NCBI GenBank assembly: GCA_039589315.1
Contig: JBDHHQ010000022.1
Location: forward strand, 1 to 56,242
From: Gemmatimonadota bacterium
GTDB lineage: Bacteria; Gemmatimonadota; Gemmatimonadetes; Longimicrobiales; Gaopeijiaceae
Direction of reading: 5' to 3'
DNA: 56,242 bases
Both the position numbers and the translations under genes were made by a program. The notes below the pieces were generated by a model. The model was not told where the DNA came from and ran no database searches. It saw only the letters and a program-made list of their open reading frames with translations. Below are positions 30,828 to 41,064 of this stretch, piece by piece; positions within the stretch are counted from its first letter, which is position 1; the number at the start of each line of letters is the position of its first letter.

Positions 30828-31955
30828 TCAGTCGCCTGGGGCGGGCGGGTCTATTCCCTCGGCGGTCTCCCGCATCAGCTGATCGACGACGTCCTTGAGG
30901 TCGCCCGTCCTCTCGAACGTGGCGAGCTGTCTATCGGCGCTGGATCCCTCTTCGAGAATCCGGAAAGCGTACTCGACCTGCTCCCGGCTACCCAGCTCGT
31001 CCAGGACGTCGTCCAGGAACCACTCGATGAGCTCCCGGATCAGGTCTCTGGCCGGCTTCTGGGCCTGCTCGCCGAGGTCCAGCAGATTGCCGTCGAGGCC
31101 GTAGCGGACGGCGCGCCACTTGTTCTCGTCGATGAGCTCCGACCTGTACACCCGGAACGTCATGTTGTCCCGTCTGAGCTTCCACAGCTTCGCCACGATG
31201 GCCTGGAAGATGGCGGCGATGCAGATGGCTTCCTCCACTCGGGTGCAGATGTCGCAGAATCGAAACTCGAGCGTCGGGTACTTCCAGTGGGGCCGGATGT
31301 CCCACCAGATCTTGGATCCGTCCTCGATGGCACCCGTCTTGACCATCGTTTCCTCGATCGACCGGTAGTCGCTGTAGGACCGGAAGTACGGGGGCGTGCC
31401 GGTCCGGGGGAAGTTGCGCCAGATCACGCTGCGGTAGGATTTGAGGCCCGTATTCCTGCCCAACCAGAAGGGCGAGCTCGTGGTCAGACACAGGATGTGG
31501 GGCATGAAGTACCGGGCCACGTTCATGGCGTCGATCATGAACTCCTTGTCCTCGATTCCCACGTGGACGTGGGTTCCGAAGATCAAGTTCTTCCTGGCCA
31601 GGTCCTGCAGATCGGCCGCCACGCCGAGGTAGCGCTCGAGGGGCGTGATCTCCTGGGTCTGCCACGACGAGAACGGGTGCGTCGCCGCCGCCGCGATCTC
31701 GAGGCCGCTCTTCCGGGCGAGCTCCATGACGAGCCGGCGAAGGCGTATCACTTCGTGCTTTAGCTCAGCGGGCGTATCACATGCCTGGGAACCTACTTCG
31801 ACGACTGACTGGTGTAGCTCGGGTTTGATCTCGGCGATGGAGACCGAGCCGTCGGGCTGGAGGATCTCGGTGATGTAGGAGGTGAGCTCCCGAGTCTCGG
31901 GATCGATGATCTGGTATTCCTCTTCGATGCCGAGGGTGAGCTCGGGTGGCTTCAT
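30828..31955 (-). CDS. Carboxylate-amine ligase, YbdK / glutamate-cysteine ligase family 2
   Basis: TLGIEEEYQ, FGTHVHVG, SSPFW, WWDIRP, TLEFR. Confidence 0.92.
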   Translation of the reverse strand: MKPPELTLGIEEEYQIIDPETRELTSYITEILQPDGSVSIAEIKPELHQSVVEVGSQACDTPAELKHEVIRLRRLVMELARKSGLEIAAAATHPFSSWQTQEITPLERYLGVAADLQDLARKNLIFGTHVHVGIEDKEFMIDAMNVARYFMPHILCLTTSSPFWLGRNTGLKSYRSVIWRNFPRTGTPPYFRSYSDYRSIEETMVKTGAIEDGSKIWWDIRPHWKYPTLEFRFCDICTRVEEAICIAAIFQAIVAKLWKLRRDNMTFRVYRSELIDENKWRAVRYGLDGNLLDLGEQAQKPARDLIRELIEWFLDDVLDELGSREQVEYAFRILEEGSSADRQLATFERTGDLKDVVDQLMRETAEGIDPPAPGD

Positions 31956-32068
31956 GGTGCCTCACAGGTCGGGGCCGGGGACTGGCTCCGGAAGGCTGGG
32001 GGGCGCGACGGCCGGCGTCAATGGAGGTGGCGTTGGGGGCGCTGGGAGTACGCGCCACGCGGTACATG

Positions 32069-32692
32069 TCACTCACCGGGTTTGGGGACGACGACGCCCC
32101 CGTGCCGCAGCAGACCGTTCAGCCTGTCCCTGACCGACGGCCATTCCTCGGCGATGACGCTGAAGTAGACGCTGTCTCTCCGGCTCCCGTCAGGGCGCAC
32201 CATGTGGTGGCGCAGCGTGCCCTCCTCCACCGCGCCGATCCTGAGCAGGGCGCTTCGGGAGCGTTGGTTCGCGGCGTCGGTCTTGAACTCGACCCGGTTG
32301 GCCCCCAGGACCTCGAAGGCGTGGGTGAGCAGCGTGGCCTTGGCGTCCGTGTTGACCCCGGTCCGCTGCCACACGGGCCCGAGCCAGGTCGCACCGATCT
32401 CCAGCCTTCGAGCCCAGGCCGCCACGTTCAGGTATGCGGTGGCGCCGCATACGCGGCCGGTGGCGCGGTGAAGGACGGCGAACCCCTGACCCGATCCATC
32501 CCTCGTCATCTCCACCTGGCCCATCACCACGGCCTCCATGTCCGCGCGCTCCTTCATGCGCCAGGGCATCCAGGTCCAGATGGACTCGTCCTGCCCTGCC
32601 TCCCACAAACCGTCCACGTGCTCGCGGCCCAGAGGCTCCAGCCTCGCGACCGTGCCCTCGAGCACCACAGGTTCGATCCAGTGCGCTCCCAT
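32069..32692 (-). CDS. GNAT (RimJ/RimL-type) N-acetyltransferase
   Basis: EIGATW...WQRTGVNT, RVEFKTD, EEGTLR, RDSVYFS. Confidence 0.88.
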   Translation of the reverse strand: MGAHWIEPVVLEGTVARLEPLGREHVDGLWEAGQDESIWTWMPWRMKERADMEAVVMGQVEMTRDGSGQGFAVLHRATGRVCGATAYLNVAAWARRLEIGATWLGPVWQRTGVNTDAKATLLTHAFEVLGANRVEFKTDAANQRSRSALLRIGAVEEGTLRHHMVRPDGSRRDSVYFSVIAEEWPSVRDRLNGLLRHGGVVVPKPGE

Positions 32693-32706
32693 CGTCCCCT
32701 CCCATG

Positions 32707-34116
32707 TCAGAGTATGCCCGCGCAGGGCTCTACGGCGCCTTCCAACAGGTCGGCCAAGGCGTCGAGCGCTCCCTGAAAGCGCTCACGGCTCCGGACGGGC
32801 CCGGAAGAGATCCGGACGGCGTGGGGCACGTGTCCCCGCCCCACCGCGAACGCCTCGGCCCCGGCGATGCGGACGCCTCTCTGCCGGGCGCTGGCCACGA
32901 AATCCTCGCTCCGCCACGGCTCGGGCAGGATGAGCCAGGCGTGGAGCGCACGGGGGTGACTCCGCAGGTCGCCGCGTCCCCCCAGGGCGGCTCGCATCAG
33001 TCCGTGGCGAGCCTCCGTCTCTTCGGCTTTGCGGGCGATCATCCTCTCGAAGGTGCCATCGTCGATCCACTGCGTGGCGATCTCGACCATGAGGGGTGGA
33101 GGCATCCAGAGGCTCGATCGGACACCCGATCGCAGCCTCTCCGTCAAGGCGGACGGGGCGACGATGGCCCCCACTCGAAGACCGAAGGTCGCGGCCTTCG
33201 AGAAGGACGCGAGGAACAGTGTGCGCTCCGGAGCCAGGGAGATGAGCTTCGACAGCCCCGACGGAGCCAGCGGCGCGTACAGGTCGTCCTCGATCACCGT
33301 GAGATCCCGCTCCCAGGCGACTTCAGCCACCGCAAGGCGTCGCTCCTCCGACATAGTGGCGCACGTCGGGTTCTGAAACGTGGGGATGCAGTACAACGCC
33401 CGCGCGGACGTCTCCACTGCCAGGCGGCTCAACGTCTCGGGGACGATGCCCTCCTCGTCCATGGCTACGCCCTGGAGCCGGAGGCCGAGCATACGTGCCA
33501 GCGACTTGATGCCGGGATAGGTGAGCTCGCCCGTCAGAAGCACGTCACCAGGACTGGTGATGGAAGACAGAGCAACGAGCAAGCCGTGTTGGCTGCCGCA
33601 GGTGGCGACAACCCGGTCGGGTTGGGCGCCCACGCCCATTCCGATCAGCCAGGACGCCATCGCCGCGCGGTGTCGGTCCGAAGCGGAGTGCGGCTGATAC
33701 TCCAGGAGCTCGTCCGTGCAGGTGGTCCGCGCCACGCACTGGAGCGCAGCAGCCAACTCTGCGGCATCCTCACCGTTTGGCGTCGTCCAGGGCAGGGCCA
33801 GGCCCAGCTCGAGGGCGTCGTCGTCTTCCCGGATGCCTACCCCGGACGGGAGCGGCAAGGCGTCCATGCCCCTGGGACCCTGTACGAAGGTGCCTCGTCC
33901 GACCTCACCCATGGTGAGGCCCCGGCGCTTCGCTTCCGCGTAGGCTCGCGTCACCGTGCCGACGGTCACGCCCAGGTGTCGGGCCAGCTCGCGGTGTGTA
34001 GGTAGCCGCTGTCCCGCTCGCAGCACCTCGCCCCGGATATCCCGGGCGATGGCGTCGGCAATCGCCACATACCGCGGGTGGCTGTTCTCCTCCAGCTCCG
34101 GTCGCCAGATTGTCAC
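32707..34116 (-). CDS. MocR/GabR family regulator (GntR HTH + PLP aminotransferase domain)
   Basis: LPTHRELARHLGVTVGTVTRAY, PTFQNPT, IEDD, SFSK. Confidence 0.92.
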   Translation of the reverse strand: MTIWRPELEENSHPRYVAIADAIARDIRGEVLRAGQRLPTHRELARHLGVTVGTVTRAYAEAKRRGLTMGEVGRGTFVQGPRGMDALPLPSGVGIREDDDALELGLALPWTTPNGEDAAELAAALQCVARTTCTDELLEYQPHSASDRHRAAMASWLIGMGVGAQPDRVVATCGSQHGLLVALSSITSPGDVLLTGELTYPGIKSLARMLGLRLQGVAMDEEGIVPETLSRLAVETSARALYCIPTFQNPTCATMSEERRLAVAEVAWERDLTVIEDDLYAPLAPSGLSKLISLAPERTLFLASFSKAATFGLRVGAIVAPSALTERLRSGVRSSLWMPPPLMVEIATQWIDDGTFERMIARKAEETEARHGLMRAALGGRGDLRSHPRALHAWLILPEPWRSEDFVASARQRGVRIAGAEAFAVGRGHVPHAVRISSGPVRSRERFQGALDALADLLEGAVEPCAGIL

Positions 34117-34294
34117 AGTACAATCCTCCTTGACTGGGATACAATAAGGCTAATACCCTCAGACCGGTCCTCGCAACAACGGGCGCCGAGGCGGGCGGGT
34201 TCATAGGACTTTGCCGGTGGCACGTTCATGGAGTCCGGCGTTTCTGGAGGACGAGTTCGGATGGAGTCGAGGCGAGTGATTGTATCGGTACAAT
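34109..34294. promoter_or_regulatory. Candidate MocR operators (ATTGT-N6-ACAAT)
   Basis: ATTGTCACAGTACAAT 34109-34124, half site GATACAAT ending 34145, ATTGTATCGGTACAAT 34279-34294 in the divergent region. Confidence 0.65.
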
Positions 34295-34331
34295 TACAAC
34301 AACCGCGGCTCGCAAGGCGACGGAGGGCGAC

Positions 34332-35897
34332 GTGAGGCAGGGATTGCACGCCAACCGGAGGAACGGGGCGGCCGGCCCGCCCGCGACAGCGGTCGCAGGA
34401 TCGGTCGGGGCACGAGAGGAGACGCTGGATCCGCAGGACTGGGAGAGGTTCCGGGAGCTGGCCCACGGGATGCTGGACTGCATGATCGACCTCCAACGGG
34501 ACATCCGGGACCTCCCGGCGTGGCGGCCTATGCCCCCGAACGTGGAGGCACGCTTTCGCGAGCCGGCGCCCCGGGAGGGCATGGGGACGGAGGCCGCCTT
34601 CCGCGAGTTCGCGGAAATCGTACTGCCCTACCCTACCGGCACGCTTCATCCGCGCTTCTGGGGGTGGGCCGGAGGCCAGGGGTCTCCCACGGGGATGATG
34701 GGCGACCTGTTCGCAGCGGCCATGAACTCGGTGACGGGTATCTTCAACGACTCAGCCGCTCGGGTGGAGGCCCAGGTCATCGACTGGATGAAGGAGGCGT
34801 TCGGCTTCCCGGCGGACGCGTCCGGGTTCGTGACCAGCGGCGGCTCCGTGGCGAACCTGGTGGCCCTGGCGGCGGCCCGGGACGACCGGGCGGGCCCCCA
34901 TGTAGGGACCGGTGGCCTGGCGTCGGGGGCGTCCCGCCCGGTTTTCTACGCTTCGGCGGAGACCCACTCGTCGATGTTCAAGGCCGCCAAATTGCTGGGA
35001 CTGGGCACGGAGGGCGTACGGGTGGTCCCGGTGGACGAGGCCTTTCGCATGGAGGTCGCCGCGCTCCGGCGCATGGTTCGGGAGGATCGGGACCGGGGGC
35101 TCACGCCCTTCGCCGTGGTGGGCACCGCCGGCACCATCAACACGGGGGCGGTGGACGACCTCCAGGCCCTTCACGGGGCTGCGCGGGACCTGGGCCTCTG
35201 GTTCCACGTGGACGGCGCCTTCGGTGCCATGGCCGCCCTCTCACCGGACACGGCACACCTGGTCCGGGGCGTCGACAAGGCCGATTCCATGGCCTTCGAC
35301 TTCCACAAGTGGATGTACACGAACTACGAAGGCGGCGGCGTTCTGATCCGTGACCGGGACGCCCACGTGCGCGCCTTCTCCACCCACGCCTCCTACCTGG
35401 AACCGCTGCCGCGGGGAACCGGCGCCCAGCCCGACTCATCGAACCTGCGCGGCCCTCAGCTGTCCAAGGGATTCAAGGCGCTCAAGGTCTGGCTCACCAT
35501 CAAGGAGCACGGGCTGGACGCCTTCGGCCGCTTGGTGCGGCAGAACATCCGCCAGGCTCGAGAGCTCGGTGAGCTCATCGACGACGCCGACCGGTTGGTG
35601 CGGGTGGCTCCCGTCTCCTTGAACGTGGTCGCCTTCCGCTATCACCGGGACGGCCTGGACGGAGAGACCTCCGACGCCCTCAACCGGGAGCTGCTCATGC
35701 GAATCCAGGAGCGAGGGATCGCCATCCCCTCACAGACCGTGATCAGAGGGCGATTCGCGCTCCGGGCCTGCATCATCAATCACCGGAGCAGAGCGGAGGA
35801 CTTCCGTATCCTGGTCAACGCCGCCGAAGGCATCGGCGACGAGGTATTCGAAGAGCTCATCCCCAAGGCGGCAGAAAGAGGTCTCGTAGGGAGCTGA
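34332..35897 (+). CDS. Group II PLP-dependent amino-acid decarboxylase
   Basis: HPRFWG, SGGSVAN, HSS, GTINTGAVD, HVDGAFG, DFHKW; start uncertain. Confidence 0.9.
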   Translation: MRQGLHANRRNGAAGPPATAVAGSVGAREETLDPQDWERFRELAHGMLDCMIDLQRDIRDLPAWRPMPPNVEARFREPAPREGMGTEAAFREFAEIVLPYPTGTLHPRFWGWAGGQGSPTGMMGDLFAAAMNSVTGIFNDSAARVEAQVIDWMKEAFGFPADASGFVTSGGSVANLVALAAARDDRAGPHVGTGGLASGASRPVFYASAETHSSMFKAAKLLGLGTEGVRVVPVDEAFRMEVAALRRMVREDRDRGLTPFAVVGTAGTINTGAVDDLQALHGAARDLGLWFHVDGAFGAMAALSPDTAHLVRGVDKADSMAFDFHKWMYTNYEGGGVLIRDRDAHVRAFSTHASYLEPLPRGTGAQPDSSNLRGPQLSKGFKALKVWLTIKEHGLDAFGRLVRQNIRQARELGELIDDADRLVRVAPVSLNVVAFRYHRDGLDGETSDALNRELLMRIQERGIAIPSQTVIRGRFALRACIINHRSRAEDFRILVNAAEGIGDEVFEELIPKAAERGLVGS

Positions 35898-35898
35898 G

Positions 35899-36414
35899 AT
35901 GCCGCACCGACCCCCTAGAAGGAGAGCGCCGCACCGTCGTTCCGAGCGTCGGAAGGTGGGCTTTCGGCCAACCAGGGTCGAAGAGATCGCCTGGGTCAGG
36001 TCCCTCGAGCGCGATCCCGACGTACGGCCCTTCGTCGTTCCCTGGTCGGCGACCGAGCACCAGGCGGCGGTGGAGGATCCGGAGTGGGCACATTGGGTGG
36101 TGGAAGACGAGACGTCGGGATCGCCCGTGGGATTCGTGATTCTGGGGGGTGTGGGCACGGAGAGGATCGAGCTGACCCGCATCGTGACGGCACCCCGGGG
36201 ACGGGGGTTCGGCCGCGCCGCCCTTCGCCGCCTGCGGGACTTCGTCTTCGGTGAGTGGAAGGCCCAGCGACTCTGGCTGGACGTCTTTCCCTTCAACGAG
36301 CGGGGTCGACGGCTCTACGAGAGTGAAGGGTTCGTCGAGCTCTCGAGCCCGTCCGAATCTCCGAAGCACGGGACACCCGAGTCTACCCTGATCGTGATGG
36401 AGCTCAGGCGGTGA
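35899..36414 (+). CDS. GNAT N-acetyltransferase
   Basis: RGRGFGR acetyl-CoA motif, LDVFPFNERGRRLYESEGF; start may be GTG ~35956. Confidence 0.8.
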   Translation: MPHRPPRRRAPHRRSERRKVGFRPTRVEEIAWVRSLERDPDVRPFVVPWSATEHQAAVEDPEWAHWVVEDETSGSPVGFVILGGVGTERIELTRIVTAPRGRGFGRAALRRLRDFVFGEWKAQRLWLDVFPFNERGRRLYESEGFVELSSPSESPKHGTPESTLIVMELRR

Positions 36415-36479
36415 CGGCGGGCCGGGGGAGCGACCGGTAGCCGACCCGATCGGGTGCCCGACCCGCCGCCGTCGCTTCC

Positions 36480-37181
36480 TCAGTGCGAGACGGACAGATC
36501 CGTGACCCTCGCCTCGGTGTTGTGCCCCATGCGGATTCCGAAGAGGCCGTCGGTCGATTTCAGGCGACCGTCAGCCACCACTTCCGACCTGTCGTAGCTC
36601 GCCACCACGCTTCCGTTGATCGAGCAGGAAACGGTCTCGCCCCGTACATCGACGGCGATCTGCTGGACCACGGGCTCGTCGGGTCCGGCGGCTTTGTTGA
36701 CGGCATCGTGCGCCGTGGGTCGCCGTCCGCTGAGCTGGAACGGCTCCGGTCCGAACCCGCGCACGATGAACGAGCCGTTCCCATAGGCCGAGCAGTAGAG
36801 GAAGCTCTGCTGATCCGTGCCCAGGTCACGGCCGCCGACGATCAGGCCGTAGGGGTGGGGATGGTCGCCCATGGCCATGTAGGCGGGCTCGGTGAAGGTC
36901 GCCGACACCGTGTAGTCCCCGGTCGCCTCGTTGTCCGAGTTCCAGTAGGTCACCGCCGGCCCCGTCTTGATGTGGATCGCCTCGCCGTCCATGGCGAAGC
37001 TCGCGTTCTCCAACACCTGTCCCTGCTCCGCCTCGCGGGCGTCGATCTTGCCCGTCCAACCCGGAACCGAAATCCCGCCGTCGGCGACGGCGATCGATTC
37101 GTCCTGAGCGTGGGCGTCTGTGGCGACGAAAGCCAGCGTGAGGGCGATGACGGCCGGTACCGAGTCACGTAGTCGGATCAT
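36480..37181 (-). CDS. Secreted beta-sandwich (DUF1080-like) hypothetical protein
   Basis: Signal peptide ending AHA-Q; AGGAG RBS; beta-rich sequence. Confidence 0.65.
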   Translation of the reverse strand: MIRLRDSVPAVIALTLAFVATDAHAQDESIAVADGGISVPGWTGKIDAREAEQGQVLENASFAMDGEAIHIKTGPAVTYWNSDNEATGDYTVSATFTEPAYMAMGDHPHPYGLIVGGRDLGTDQQSFLYCSAYGNGSFIVRGFGPEPFQLSGRRPTAHDAVNKAAGPDEPVVQQIAVDVRGETVSCSINGSVVASYDRSEVVADGRLKSTDGLFGIRMGHNTEARVTDLSVSH

Positions 37182-37460
37182 GATGCTCGTCTCCTGTAGA
37201 GAGGTGAAGGCGGAGAGAATAGTCACTACACCGGCATGGGGTCCAGCCGACGGTCACGTGGCGGGCCAAGTCTCGAGGGTGTCCTGCCCGAGTTGCGGCC
37301 GACGGAGAACCCTCACGCTGGACGGGTGGGCCGGTGCAGAACCACTTTGCGGACGGCAACCTCTCGATCATCTCTCCGGCGTATTCGCTGGTCAAGATGC
37401 CGGCCGCGGGGTGCGTCGCCGGGTTGGTGTACAAGGAAGCGTAGCAAGACCGAGGTCTAC

Positions 37461-38033
37461 ATGTCGGACACCCCGTCCTCCCCGCGGGAGGAAATCACCG
37501 AGTTGCTCCAGGAGTGCTCGAGCGGAGAGCGCAGCGCGTTCGACCGCCTGATCCCTCTCGTGTACGACGACCTGCGGGCAATCGCTCACAACCGATTGGC
37601 TCTGGAGCGCTCCGACCACACGCTGAATACGACCGGCATCGTCCACGAGGCGTACCTCCACCTCGTGGACCAGGCCACCGCGACATGGCGGGATCGGGGC
37701 CATTTCTTCGCTGTATCGGCGAAGGTGATTCGCAACCTCCTCGTTGACCACGCCCGCGAGCGCAAGGCCGCCAAGCGAGGAGGGGGCGCAATCCACCTGC
37801 CCCTGGTGGACGACCTGAAGGGGGACGAGCCACGCACGGTGGAGCTGTTGGCGCTGGAAGAGGCGCTCGACAGGCTGGGCCAGAAGGACGAGCGGCTCAA
37901 GCGCGTCGGCGAGTGCCGTTTCTACGGCGGGCTCAGCATGCAGGAGACAGCCGAGGCTCTGGGCGTCTCGCTGCGGACCGTGGAGCGGGACTGGAGGCGG
38001 GCGCGCGCGTATCTGTACCAAGAGCTCACGTGA
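37461..38033 (+). CDS. ECF sigma factor, kinase-associated ECF43/TIGR02999 type
   Basis: LVYDDLRAIA, HTLNTTGIVHEAYL, ERKAAKRGG, TVERDWRRARAYL; GAGG RBS. Confidence 0.9.
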   Translation: MSDTPSSPREEITELLQECSSGERSAFDRLIPLVYDDLRAIAHNRLALERSDHTLNTTGIVHEAYLHLVDQATATWRDRGHFFAVSAKVIRNLLVDHARERKAAKRGGGAIHLPLVDDLKGDEPRTVELLALEEALDRLGQKDERLKRVGECRFYGGLSMQETAEALGVSLRTVERDWRRARAYLYQELT

Positions 38034-38094
38034 GCTGAGTGGTGAGCAGTCGGGGGCCCAGCCGGGCCAGGTCGCCAAATTGAGCCTTGCGAGT

Positions 38095-40733
38095 ATGCCT
38101 GTGAGTTCACAGCCGGATCGTTGGCACGAGATCGACGCCCTGTTCCAGGAGGCGTTGGACCTCGATCCGAGCGAGTGGGTTCGCTTTCTCGAGGACCGCT
38201 GCGGTGCGGACGCCGAGTTGCACCGAGCCGTCAGCGAACTCCTCTCGGCGGACCTGGGCTCCGGGTCCTTCCTCGAAGCATCTGCCCAGGAGCTCGCCCC
38301 CGACGCGATCGCCCGGGCCATGAGCGGCGCAGCCGACGACCCGGCAGAGGACCGTGTCGGAGAGCGGGTCGGCGCGTTCCGAATCGTCCGTCCTCTGGGG
38401 CGGGGCGGGATGGCCGGCGTGTACCTGGCCGAGCGCGCCGACGGCGACTTCGAGCAGCGTGTCGCGATCAAGTTCCTGCGCCGCGGCCTCGACACGGACG
38501 ACTTCGTGCGACGGTTCCTGGCGGAGCGCCGTATCCTCTCGTCGCTCGAGCATCCGAACATCGCCCGGTTGATCGACGGCGGCACCACGGAGCGTGGCCT
38601 GCCCTACCTCGCTCTGGAGTACGTCGACGGTGTGCCGATCACGGACTACTGCGTCGCGAACCGCTGCTCGATCGACGAACGCCTGGAGCTGTTCATCCAG
38701 GTGGCCCGGGCGGTCCAGTACGCCCACGCCAGTCTCGGGTCCACCGGGACATCAAGCCGTCCAACATCCTGGTGACCGCCGACGGGCAGGTGAAGCTGCT
38801 GGACTTCGGCATCGCGAAGCTGCTCGATCCAGAGGCCGACCCCGGTGACCTCGAGCTCACCCGGACCGGCTTCCGGCCGCTGACGCCGGAGTACGCGAGC
38901 CCGGAGCAAGTGCGGGGGGAGCCCATCACGACGGCGTCCGACGTCTACCAGCTCGGCGTGCTGCTGTACCGTCTGCTCACGGGGGAGCGCCCGTACCGGG
39001 TGTTGGGCACCGGGGCGACGCTCGAGTCGGTGATCACGAGCACCCAGCCTTCCCCCCCGAGCGATGCCGCTCGACACCTGGACGCCGCCCGGGCTGCGGA
39101 ACACCTGGGCGCCTCGCCGGCCCGGGTGAGCCGGCGTCTCCGGGGCGACCTGGACACGATCGTCATGAAGGCGCTTCGAAAGGAGCCCGAGCGCCGCTAC
39201 GCAACGGCTCTCGAGATGGCCGACGACGTCCAGAGCCACCTGGACGGCAGGCCGATCACGGCTCGAAGGGAGTCGCGTCTGTATCGGACGGGCAAGTTCC
39301 TGCGCAGACACGCCTGGGTGGCGCCGGTCTCGATCACGGGCCTACTTCTGATTGGGGCGTACGTGTTCACGCTGATCCGGCACGGACAGGAGCTCGAGGA
39401 GGAGCGAAACGTGGCCCAGGACGTGCAGCAGGCCTTTGTGAGCTTCTTCACCGCTCCGGACTCGGGGGACGTGGGGCTGGGCGAAGGCCGCCGGGACCTG
39501 ACGATCCTGCAGGCGATCCAGGACGGCACCGATCGAGTGCGCGACGACCTGGCGGACCGACCCGCGGCACGGGCCGAGCTCTTCGGCGCCATGGCCGCTG
39601 TGCTGGAGGACCTGGACGAGCCCGGCGAGGCCTACACGCTGGCCGTGGAGGCCCTTGAGCTGGAGCGCACCCTATATGGTGACGAGTCGCCAGAGGTACA
39701 CGAGACCTTGCTTCGCGTGGGGGGGCTGGCTCCCGACCCGGATTCTGCCCGAGTCCTACTGGAGCGGCGCCTCGAGCTTTCCCGGGCGATGTACGGCGCG
39801 GAAGACCCGGCTATCGCGGCCTCATTGTACGCCCTTGCCCAGCTCGACCTGCGCGAGGGCAAGCTCGAAGACGCCGTGCGTCGGCTCGAGGCGGCCATCG
39901 AGATCTACCGAAGCTCGAGCTCGGTGCACCCACGCAGGCTGGCGGACGCCCTGGCGGAGCTGGCCGACAACCTCGAACCTCTGGACCGAGCTGATGACGC
40001 TGTCGCCGCAGCCCGAGAGGGTTACGAGATCCTGGTCCGCGAGCTCGGAGAGCGACACTCGCAAACCGCGACTGCGGGAGCCCGACTCGCCCAAGCGCTG
40101 ACCGGAGCCGGACGCTATGACGAGGCTCGTCCGCTGTACGAGTCGAGTCTTGACGCCATGGACGCGGAGTTGGGCGCCACGCATGCAACGACCATGAGCT
40201 CCCGGAACAATTACGCGATCGTGCTACGCCTCATGGGCGACGTGGCTGCCGCCGAAGCCGTGTACCGAGAGCTGATCGATGCCCAGCGGGAGAGGTACGG
40301 ATCTGTCGACGCGGAGATCGCGGCATCGCTTCAGAACATGGCCACCACGGTCAAGGATCAGGGGCGTTACGACGAGGCTGCGCGGCTCTCCCGTGCCGCC
40401 CACGACATGTTCATGGAGACGCGTGGCCCCGACTTCTTCCAGACCGCGTTTCCGCTGCTCACGATCTCGGAGATCCGCCTGATTCAAGGCGACTTGGCCG
40501 AAGCCGAGGCCGCGGCCCGCGGGGCGCTCGACCTCTTACGCACCGCCCTGCCCCCCGGTCACTTCGCCACCGCCGTCGCCGAGTGCCGCGTGGGCCAGGC
40601 CCTAGCCGGACAGGGCAGGTCCGCTGACGCCCGGCCGTTCCTCGAGACGGGTGCCGAGGCGCTCACTGCCGCCGACCGGCGGGAAGTCGACGCCTATCGC
40701 GACGAGTGCCTGGCCACGCTCGAGGCCTTGTAG
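38095..40733 (+). pseudogene. Membrane Ser/Thr protein kinase with TPR sensor domain; 1-nt frameshift at ~38737 (real or assembly error)
   Basis: GRGGMAGVY, VAIK, HPNIA in one frame; HRDIKPSN, DFG, TPEYASPEQ, TM, TPRs in the next frame. Confidence 0.85.
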
Positions 40734-41064
40734 GAAGACCCGGAACACCCACCCGCGCCAAACCGGGCCTCGCGGTACGGCCCGGCCTCAGCCCGCCCCT
40801 GCCGGGTCGAGGGTGCTGCGGTCCAGGGTCGAACGGAGTCTGCGCTGCGGGCCGGCCGCCGGTCGACGGGGCGTCGATGCCCAGCTCGTGCCGCTCCACG
40901 CAGTTGCCGTGGATGAAGAAGCCGCGGGCCACGAAACGCGTGAAGCCTGTGAGGCGCGGCGCGGCCGCGCATGGAGCGACCTCCCACATCCGGTGGCGGG
41001 TTTCGCCCGGGTATTCCGCTGAAGAGCCCGATCAGAGATCCACCCCTACCCGGAGTGGCCCCAA

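Noticed and set aside
40663..40989. Minus-strand ORF with a coding-like stretch FFIHGNCVERHELGIDAP
   Set aside because: Overlaps the kinase end, no RBS, no recognisable family; at most a gene remnant
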